Source of the DNA: Zancudomyces culisetae HAW-14-8
Taxonomy: Eukaryota; Fungi; Kickxellomycota
DNA length: 64,000 bases
Reading direction: 5' to 3'
Assembly (NCBI GenBank): GCA_052426225.1
Contig: JBNJNM010000013.1
Location: forward strand, 248,001 to 312,000
Part shown: positions 46,501 to 55,067 of the stretch, piece after piece
Numbering within the stretch: position 1 is the first letter of the stretch
How the letters are laid out: every line of letters begins with the position of its first letter
The notes under the pieces: generated by a model
What the model was told of the DNA's origin: nothing
The model's database searches: none
Seen by the model: only the letters and a program-made list of their open reading frames with translations
Made by a program: the position numbers and the translations under genes

Positions 46501-47414
46501 GGGGACTCAGAAACGGCAAAATTTACAGGATCTGGATCCAAGGAATATTCTGGCTCGGGGGTGGTGACTGGGGTTTTTTTATGAAATGGCCGGGATCTGA
46601 CGACTGGTTCTCTTGGCTCAATTTTCTTCAGGATTGCTTTGGGAAGTTCAGGTCTGAGTGGTACTTTTGGAACAGGGGTTACTGGACGACGGGGCTCAGG
46701 AATTTGCTTAACATGGTTATTTACTCGATTCTCAATAGCGGTGGGTTTGGGCAAACTTTGGGTTTCAGGTTCTGGAGTGACTGATTGGACTGGTGCAGGA
46801 ACAGGAACAGGAAGAATCTCTTCAATTCTGGCGTATGGATTTGACGGAGCTGGGCTGGGGAGATCAGGAGACGGAGGCGGTGAAAATCTTTGATTTTCAG
46901 TGTTTGAATCGTCCAACTTGACCGATTCGAGCAACTTGGCACTGTGTGGAAGCAGGGTAGTTGATAATCTATTCAACACCCTTTGGAGGATAGTTGGGTT
47001 TGTGGACGTATTCTGACTAATATTTTGTTCTACTGGATCTGGATCTGGTTCATCAGGTGACTTGAACACGGCCTGGATGGAGTGGGTATCAACACAATTT
47101 GTACTGCAAAAGTCAGAGTCGAAGTGGATCTGGAGGTCTGGCCAAGTTATACTAGGATTGTGTTTGCGTAACCAGGGTAATCCAAAAATAATGTCAGCGT
47201 GATTGGTTGGAATCGGGATAAGGTCTAGGTGTTCAGAGTGGTTAGGACCGGACTTGATATGGGCATTATCAACCTTGACATTTATGCCCCCTGGGTATAT
47301 CTGGTGACCATCAACACTTTCTAGGACGATGGTTTTTTCTGCTTCTTTGGTTGGGAGGTTTAGTTTTTCTAATAAATCTTGACGAATAAAGTTGGCTGAA
47401 GCACCGGAGTCCAC
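43590..47414 (-). CDS. Pol of chromovirus K (PR-RT-RH-IN-chromodomain); frame is open upstream to 47525
   Basis: ALVDSGAS, YLDD, ETDASD, integrase, LLGPF, chromodomain EYEVKAILDSK..YYLVDWKGF..RSWEP. Confidence 0.95.
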   Translation of the reverse strand: MDSGASANFIRQDLLEKLNLPTKEAEKTIVLESVDGHQIYPGGINVKVDNAHIKSGPNHSEHLDLIPIPTNHADIIFGLPWLRKHNPSITWPDLQIHFDSDFCSTNCVDTHSIQAVFKSPDEPDPDPVEQNISQNTSTNPTILQRVLNRLSTTLLPHSAKLLESVKLDDSNTENQRFSPPPSPDLPSPAPSNPYARIEEILPVPVPAPVQSVTPEPETQSLPKPTAIENRVNNHVKQIPEPRRPVTPVPKVPLRPELPKAILKKIEPREPVVRSRPFHKKTPVTTPEPEYSLDPDPVNFAVSESPLEYLEEFPQLPVIYSEFKEVFNPKSAVSLPPHRRYDCPVNTKEGYTPYWGPIYPLSEVELESLRGYIRENLTNGFIRRSVSPAGAPIMFVKKKSGDLRLCVDYRRLNEATIKNRYPLPRIDEAFDRLRTAKVFTKLDLKGAYNLVRIKEGDEWKTAFRCRYGHFEYQVMPFGLTNAPATFQHFINDVLRDVLDLYAIAYLDDIFIFSNDTDTHINHVKSVLKKLLENGLYCNAEKCHFHIREVEFLGHVVSSDGIATDPAKVKCVKEWLPPTNVKEVQKFLGFANYYRKFIPYFSLKALPITRLLKKDTPFVWSKEAGEAFNTLIQDLTTSPVLRYPDPGKQFILETDASDYAIGAALSQEDENGDLRPCAYYSYKLNTAESNYNIYDKELLAIIKALKEWRHHLEGSSIPFKILTDHKNLETFKNLKSLNRRHARWSLDLSRFSFIITYRPGSQGGKPDALSRLPNHTPDKVANNNIIGEDHFIDTISIVDSDFAQEIAKSSKAHLEGLLDAARYQSSHKSNEPVEVEDGIVMLGNRVVVPDKMKPQVVSSRHDSGPAGHFGAKKTLELVERDFWFPGMRKFIKEFVQTCDTCNRSKDRRHKVYGKLLPLPAPSGPWKSITMDFITDLPPSNKHTTIMVVVDRFTKMSHFIPLKKLPSSEETASAFFTHVFKLHGLPDVIISDRGTQFSSKFWSSLFKLLKVDTRMSTAFHPETDGQTERVNQTLEQYLRCFINYQQDNWFELLPIAEFAYNNTLHSSTNTSPFFALYGYHPRFDPQITKNVHVPSASDRIKQLKELQSALTSILNKKSQEYKKYADVNRSEHPKYKLGDKVWLSSQNIKTQRPSKKLDHRLLGPFTISKIINPVSVRLDLPPTMKIHNTFHVSLLEPYIEPSSNRRLLNSLPPPVIINGNKEYEVKAILDSKLVRGKKYYLVDWKGFDISERSWEPIENINAPQLLKKYYKTYHNKP

Positions 47415-47515
47415 TAATGCAACAAGTTCGTGTAGATTATTTAAAACAACTTTAATATGAAATTTATTACTAGAAATATTAGAATTATTTGCTACGCTCA
47501 GGAGTAACTCCCGGA

Positions 47516-48484
47516 CTACATCTGATCACTGTCTTTTGGCACCCCAGGTATAGGGGGTCTTGGCCTGCGGAGCGGACAGTTACGGAGAATGTGGTTCGGC
47601 TGACCACAGTATAGACAAAGATTATTGGCTAATCTTCTCTGACGTTCGGCTGTATCTAGCGGTGCTCTTGGACGGGAGGTGACGGCATCAACGTCCATTG
47701 GTTCAGGAGCCTGGTGATCTGGGACAGGCATGGCTGGACGGGGGAAGACCGGTGGAGCCGGAGTACTCCAGTTGCGGAATGGGACGCTTCTCTTGGGCAG
47801 GTAGGCACTGCGGGCATTGATTCTGTTCTCAAGCTCAATCACCTGATCAATGAGCTGGTCCAAGGTGTTTGGTAGCGGTTCAGTGGCAAGGCGCTGGACA
47901 AGGCTAGTATCCAATCCGATGTAAAACAGGTGGATTTTGGCTGGCTCGTTGAATCCACTGAGAGAGGCGAGGTTTCTGAACTCGGTTGCAAATTCCAGGA
48001 CGGAACGCTGGGACTGGCGACAACTATGAAGCTGGGTGATAGCTCGGGCTTGGTGGCCAGGATCTGAGAATCTCTTTTGAAATTCATTCTCAAACCCTTT
48101 GAAATCTGAGAGCAACGGTGATTGGGTATCGATAAGGTTATCGAACCACAGGGCAGCATGACCGGCAAGGTGAGAACTGATGAACCATATCTTGTTATGG
48201 TCACTCTGGAACACGTCTGGTCTGGCCCAGAACTGGCGCTTGATCTCGGCGGTGAAGGCTCGGAACCTTCCTGATTCTCCTGAGTATTTCTGGATTTCTG
48301 GTATTCTGATACCATCAATCCTTGGCTGCGGATTTGGTGCAGGCAAATTCTGCAACTGACTGGGGACTTGGGCGGGTGTCTGGGCTTGAGCCTGGGCTTG
48401 AGCTTGACTTTCTTGCAAAGCTTGTTGCATAGCTAATTTTGCGATCTCATCTAATTGGTGGACCATCATTAACTTTTCAACCAA
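47516..48484 (-). CDS. Gag of chromovirus K
   Basis: L.GHAALWF, Q..RSVLEFATEF, EPMDVD and CLYCGQPNHILRNC are typical chromovirus Gag motifs. Confidence 0.93.
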   Translation of the reverse strand: MVEKLMMVHQLDEIAKLAMQQALQESQAQAQAQAQTPAQVPSQLQNLPAPNPQPRIDGIRIPEIQKYSGESGRFRAFTAEIKRQFWARPDVFQSDHNKIWFISSHLAGHAALWFDNLIDTQSPLLSDFKGFENEFQKRFSDPGHQARAITQLHSCRQSQRSVLEFATEFRNLASLSGFNEPAKIHLFYIGLDTSLVQRLATEPLPNTLDQLIDQVIELENRINARSAYLPKRSVPFRNWSTPAPPVFPRPAMPVPDHQAPEPMDVDAVTSRPRAPLDTAERQRRLANNLCLYCGQPNHILRNCPLRRPRPPIPGVPKDSDQM

Positions 48485-51400
48485 TAATTAGAAGTTTCCC
48501 AAAATGTCAGGAAACTAATTTATTTAAGTTGGGAAACTTAATGTTCCCAAGTTAGGATTCAAAGTTAGTTAAATATGATTAAAAATAAATAATAAAACTT
48601 ATGGGTAAATAATGCGATTCTGACAATACCTGTGGAATGCCATCACACCAGAAAAGAGAAAAATGTTGATTAAAGGAGGGGTTGAAACTTATGAAAGTGC
48701 TATCGACATACTTTGTGAAGTAGAGGATGTCGATAAATTAAGTGGAGTAATAAACGAAGTGCCAAAATTGTCATGTAAGGGAGAAGTGCAGATAAATAAA
48801 GACGATATAAATTCTAAGTCAGAAATGGAAGTATTAATTGGAAAGTTTGATGATCTTAGTATTAATGTAATGGAGTACATAAGATCTACGGTTAATAATA
48901 ATCAATTTACTAGAAACAGAAATGATCACAGCTATAGCAACTATGCTCAACGTAACGAAAACAACAGATATGACTCCAGAGCTAATGTCAAGAAGGGATA
49001 TATAAAACCAAACACTTCACCTTATGAAAACAAGGTCGACGTTAATACGAGAAGTAATACGGTTCAACAGTCTCAGCCTGATATAAGCCAGCATACCGAC
49101 CATAAGGCAGTAAACTGTTTGGAAGTGGAACGGTGCGTAGATATTAATAGCTATGACAGTGACCAGCTGGTATTTGGCAATACTACTAATGACTATCAAG
49201 CAGCTGATTACTTTACAGAAGAACTTAATGAAGTATATATGGCCGAGAAAAGAAAGAACATGGGGGCAGGTTTCAAACAAGCTGGAGAACAGTCCGCTGT
49301 TAAGAAAATACATTTGAATAATAACCTCGGACAAGAAGTAAGCCCGGAAAAGCAACCAGAAAATGATACTGTTATACCAGACGTATATATGCAATCACAG
49401 GAAACCAGAGAAACTACAGATAAATCTAACAATAGTATCAAGAAAACTAGAAGCGTAGTTAATAACCCAGAAATCAAAAGATACTCATTATTCGAAGACC
49501 TATCAAGAGTAAAAGCTAACATTAGTATACCACAACTAATCGACATTGCTCCAACAGTACAATCTCAACTAATCAAACTATATAAAGACACAACAACTAT
49601 AAGACCAGTTAATTCATTATACAACGACAAACTTACTAATTGCAGAACGTTTGTAGAAATTTTAGGAAAAAAGTGTCTTACCATTATAGATACTGGAGCA
49701 GCGTGTAGTGTGATTTCAAAGATGTTAGTAGATAAACTAGGAATTCAAGCTGATCAAAGATCGGTTGAGTCAATTGTCACTGCAGATGGCAAGAAACATA
49801 TATCCTTGGGCAAAATATCAGAACTGCCAATAACAATTTCTCAACAAATTTTTAGTACGGAGTTAATAATCATGAACATACCTACCGAACTTATGATATT
49901 GGGTATTGACTGGATGAGAAAATATAAAGCAAATGTCAATGTAGAGAACCAAAAACTGTCCATCACGAATCAGTTTACAACTGTACAGATTTCATTCTCT
50001 ACTAACGAGATAAATAAAGCACAAATACAGACTTACTCTAAAGATAATGACGTGGAAATATTTGGGATAGGAAAAGAGGTTGATGAAAAGGCACATAGTA
50101 CAACATTGGAGCCTACCATAAAGGTACTAATTGAGGAATATAAAGATATATTTGCAGATGAATACACGCAACTTACTTCAACAAACGTGATCGAACATGG
50201 GATAGACACTGGAGAAGCTAGTCCAATTAAAATAAGACCGTACCGAATACCTAATGTTATGAAAGACTTAGTAAGAAAAGAATTAAAAATAATGAAAGAA
50301 AAAGGAATAATCGAACCCTGCTTTTCGGATTGGTGTGCACCGGTCGTAACCGTATGAAAAAAAAACGGATCTCTTAGAATTTGTTCGGATTACAGAAAAT
50401 TAAATTCAGTAACCAAAAAAGACAATTACCCACTTCCAAATATAAATGACATTTTCGAAGCACTTACGGGATCAGCTGTATTCAGCACCCTTGATGCGTT
50501 ATCAGGGTTCTGGCAAGTCAAGCTGAAGGAAACTGATAAACACAAAACGGCGTTCACAATACCTGGAGAAGGGTTATACTGCTACAATGTGATGCCCTTT
50601 GGGCTATGTAACAGCCCACCTACTTTCCAAAGACTTATGGAAAGAGTACTACATTCAGTATTGTGGAAGTCCGCCGTGGTATTTGTTGATGACATCGTGG
50701 TATTCTCTAAAAATATGGTACAACATGTTAAGGATTTAAAAGAAGTGTTTAGTTTACTCAAGAAGCATAAAATTAAATTAAACACGGGAAAGTGAACTTT
50801 GGTCAGACCCGTTTGAATTATTTAGGACACATTATTTCGTCTAGAGGGATAGAGACTGACCCTAAAAAAGTAATAGCAATTGAAAAGATTCCTACTCCCA
50901 AAAGTATTAAAGAATTTCAAAGCTTCCTTGGCACTACTAATTACTATAGGAAATTTATTCAAGGTTACGCACAAATAGCAGGTCCATTAAATAGTTTATT
51001 AAAGAAAGATAACATATGGATATGGAATGATGACTGCGAAGCAGCAATGAAAACGCTAAAAGAAAAGTTAACTACGGCACCCGTGTTAACACACCCAATT
51101 TGGGACATACCATTTGTTGTAACCACCGACGCGTCACAGCAAGGTATTGGTGGAATCCTCAGTCAAATCCAGAATGGTCGAGAACACCCTATTGCATTTG
51201 TGAGTAGATCATTGAAAAAGGCTGAAAAAAACTATTCAATAACTCACCTTGAAGGGTTAGCAATAATCTACTCGGTTAACCAATTTCGTAACTATATTTG
51301 GGGAAGAAGGTTCAAAATCGTAACGGATCACTCAGCTTTGGTTAGGCTATTTGATTCTAAGGAAGCTTCAGGCAGGTTGGCCAGATGGGCTATCATCTTA

Positions 51401-53318
51401 AGGGAGTACGATTATACGCTAGAACATAGAAAAGGCAAGCATAACCCGGCTGACCTCATATCAAGATGCATTCCTGTTAACCCAAATGATAATAGTACTA
51501 TATCCGAACTAACTAATAACGGTTGTACACAATTCGGTCAAGATAAATCGCAAGCTTATATGGAAGGAAATGATGATGACGAAAATACGAAAGCTATATT
51601 TTATATGGATATTCTACAGTATAATGCAATAAAAAATTATTTAGCTAATAAAACATATCCAAGAAATAGTGACGAACTCTTCAGAAATGATTAAGGAAAA
51701 ATGCAATCAAATACGAATTAGATAATGACAAATTATTCAAACATTCAAAAAAATTTGGCATTCGTGAAGTATTACACGAATTGAACTGCAAAGAAAAAAT
51801 AATCGAATTGCACAACGAAAATCACTTAGGAGTTCATAATACCTGGAATATTGTAAAAGAAAAGTATTATTCGCCAAAATTGTTTGAAATCACTAAACAC
51901 GTAGTTAATTTCTGTGATGTTTGTCAGCGTTACAAATCATCTAATAAGAGGAAAAATTTATTCAATCCTATAATTGCCTTGCAACCTTTCGATGTTATTG
52001 GATTGGATATAATTGGACCAATAAATCCCACATCAGCAGAAGGAAATCGTTATATTATCTCTGCTATCGACTACCTAACAAAATGGCCGATTTGTAAAGC
52101 AGTACCTAGTGTCCAATCTGACACAATTATCAACTTTTTAGTTTATGATGTCATTTCAAACTTTGGTATCCCTAGGAAATTGATTACGGATAGAGGCTCA
52201 AATTTTCTAAGCGAAGCAATAGTAAACTTTTACAAATTCATGGGAATTAACCATAGCCCTACAACTGCCTATAGACCCCAATCTAATGGACAAGTGGAGC
52301 GTCAAAATCAATACATAAAAAACGTGTTATCGAAAATATGCAAGGATGATAAAACTAATTGGGATAAATTATTATGGAAAGCATTGTTGGTTATGAGAAC
52401 TACTAAAAACAGAATCACAAAAAAATCTCCATCTGAATTATTATATGGTATAGAAATTTCCACGCCTGATTCATGGGCACATGATGACACAAATAAAACA
52501 TCGAAGAAGCTATTGTTGAAAGAATAAAATTTGTGAATTCAAAATTTAAAGAGCTCAGAGATATAGCAATTGATAAAATAACAACTAACAAAAAATATGT
52601 AAAAGATAGGTACGATAGAAATATTAGGCAAGTAGAATTCAAAGTAGGACAGTATGTGTTAAAACATAACGACATTCCTGATTCGAAATTTGCGGAAAAA
52701 TGGTTAGGGCCATATATAATTATTAACAGACTAGGTCAAGGAGTATACAACATTCGCGACGCTAATAACAATTTTGACATCGTCAATGGGGATAGACTCA
52801 AAGAGTATAACACTATTGGAATTCCTCAAATTATGTCTAGTAGAATCAGATCTACAATCTCGCAACAACATCGAAGATCGAGTACGATGGGGACCATCGA
52901 ACCTTAAAGGGGGGGTTGTTGTGTAAAAATTTGGTTTACTGGTTCGGCACGTATAGCGACACGTTGCCGAACAATTAATGATTGTCGCTGAATCTGATTG
53001 TTGAAGGTGCTCGTACAAGCATTTTCTCCATTGCGGTTTTTGCTTGTATACAACAATTAGATTCGTATTTACTATTATTATTATATTTACTTTAACATGG
53101 ATTATATTTAGTTTTAAACTCTTATATACAGCGTTAGAGGACACAAGGTACCTCGTCGGATTTTTCTCTTCACATAGCGAATTAGTTCTTTATTTATAAA
53201 TTAAATAAATAGTAATATATCATAAAGTGAACGGTCCTGAACCAAAACATTAGTATATCAGCGTCGTTGCACTGATATATATAAATAAATAATAAAACTT
53301 GAAAATTTATGCAACACT

Positions 53319-53806
53319 TGTTGTATAATTAAATTTTACTTATAATTATTTATTTTTTTCTTATTTATATAGGTATAATATGTATCGTATAATTATTGTT
53401 ATATATTATAAACTTAGTTGAAACTATTATAAACTTAATATAAACATCTGTAGTTGATCATAACTATTTATTTACTACTATAAAGCTTGTATGATAGAAT
53501 GATATTTATTTCCTTATGCAATAACTAACCCTTTAAATACTTTTTCTAGTATTATAAACATACTAATAACTAACTATTGAACTAATACTAACTAACTATT
53601 GAACTAATACTAACTAACTAAATAAACTAATACTGAAATAATTTAAATGAGTAATAACTAATACTCTTAGAAAAAACATCAATGAATCAGTTTCATTGAA
53701 TACTAAAAAAACTAAAACTAAAAGTATATTATTAATTTAATTATTTCACTCGATGATAAACATATAATATTAGTTTATCACCAAGGGTTCATGTCACTAT
53801 ATGACA
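53319..53806. mobile_element. Solo LTR J (~488 bp), most distal stack member
   Basis: Starts TGTTGTATAATT (same terminus recurs at 63835), ends CTATATGACA followed by CTTA like other stack members; contains ~3 copies of a 22-bp repeat TAACTATTGAACTAATACTAAC. Left and right TSDs do not match exactly. Confidence 0.7.
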
Positions 53807-53822
53807 CTTATGTAATGGTTTT

Positions 53823-54077
53823 AAAAGGGGGATAATGTCATGGCCAATCAGGTGACATCTAACCTCCCATAACATTTATTCTAATATTTACTTAGTATTT
53901 AATTAATAACATTTGCCTAGCTGTAATTCCTTAAGAATTACAACCTGTTTAACTAATAAAACTCGCTCTGTGACACTGTACGTGTATTTATAACAGTTTT
54001 AAGAGTTTTTATAGCCGTATCAATTTCAAATTTTATACAGGTATTTTTAGTATTTATTTTTAGTTTTAGTTGCGACA
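53823..54077 (+). mobile_element. Polypurine tract plus 242-bp LTR (53836-54077) of a chromovirus-type element
   Basis: AAAAGGGGGATAA|TGTCA matches the PPT/LTR junction of K (GAAGGGGGGATAA|TGTCA); ends TGCGACA. Confidence 0.7.
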
Positions 54078-54229
54078 TTGTAGCTATTTGCTTTTATCAA
54101 ACCCAAAAATATCCAATATGTTTTGTACATAGTATTGAGAGTGTGTTTGACTCCCTCGCTGTCTCTCATATCTCTTAACACTGGTGTATTACATTTATTA
54201 TGTCGTTATTACTAGCCTCATTCATTAAG

Positions 54230-55067
54230 TCACGATTCCACTTTACTGTGTACCCTTGAGCTCAAGAGAGTCATGATCGGTTTTTTTAAGCACTTTGTAT
54301 TTTTGTATTGCGTTTCTATATTATCGTATTCAGTAAAAATCAAGTACTTGTGGTTGTCCTTTTTCCCCTTCTCTTTCAGTTTGGTTTCACTATTAGAACG
54401 AGTATATAATTTCTCTAATTCACCATAGAACTGCATAAATGGTAACGACAGTATATAACTCAGGTTGTCAGTTTCCTCCTTTTCAATGATGAATTTTATA
54501 AATCTTTATTTCGCATCCTTCAGAAATTTGAGATCCACGCTGAACACCTCTTGGTCAGTAAAATCTGTCTTTATGTCTACAATCTGAGTTCCTCAACTTC
54601 ATATATTACCTGCTTACCCTTGAAAAATACAATATTAGATGTGAGAATATTTCCTATGAATGATGTAAACATATTGTCGTAGTTAGGACTGATTTTATTT
54701 TTCTTTGTTAATTCTCTATATTGAGTATTATATATACAAGATAAATGCTTAACAAACTTTGGTGTATATTTATGATTTTCTTGGTAAACTCCTCCCGATA
54801 ACGACAGGTACATTTGTTTTGTATTTACCAGTTGTATTAATCGGATATTTATAGTTATATATACTAAGCTTTACTTATTCAAAAAGTGCTTATAATTATT
54901 TTAACTCGATTTACTTGTTGAGTCAAAAGTAATACATACTTTTTCACGCAATATATACCTTTTTTTTCGGATTCATCCATTTCCAAAGTATTTGATTTAA
55001 GAACTAGTATAAACCATTTTCTTACAATATTACAATTGTGTTGGGTTTGATTTTTGTATTCATCCAC
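54230..55067 (-). pseudogene. Possible decayed coding sequence of unknown family
   Basis: Three consecutive short minus-strand ORFs; one frame reads ~120 codons with one internal stop; no recognised motif. Confidence 0.25.

Larger units (their letters stand above)
43029..48625 (-). mobile_element. Nested chromovirus K (Tf1/sushi-like); 121-bp LTRs 43029-43149 and 48505-48625; 5-bp TSD ATACC
   Basis: One LTR mismatch seen; PPT GAAGGGGGGATAA; self-priming PBS; chromodomain integrase. Confidence 0.97.
42539..52907 (+). pseudogene. Disrupted gag-pol of element I
   Basis: Removing K rejoins KIKYL-WNAITPEKRKMLIKGG. TGA replaces Trp at 50355-50357; frameshifts near 50790, 51690 and 52500. Confidence 0.9.
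42077..53316 (+). mobile_element. Ty3/Gypsy element I, degenerate, opposite orientation; 400-bp LTRs 42077-42476 and 52917-53316; TSD CTTG
   Basis: Two LTR mismatches seen; PBS TGGTGATCCAGCCAGGAC (42482-42499); PPT AAAGGGGGGG; interrupted by element K. Confidence 0.95.

Noticed and set aside
18983-54077. One giant element bounded by TGTCGCAA...TTGCGACA with a 3-bp TTG duplication
   Set aside because: The left terminus is better explained as solo LTR B with its own right end at 19820 and a 4-bp TSD.
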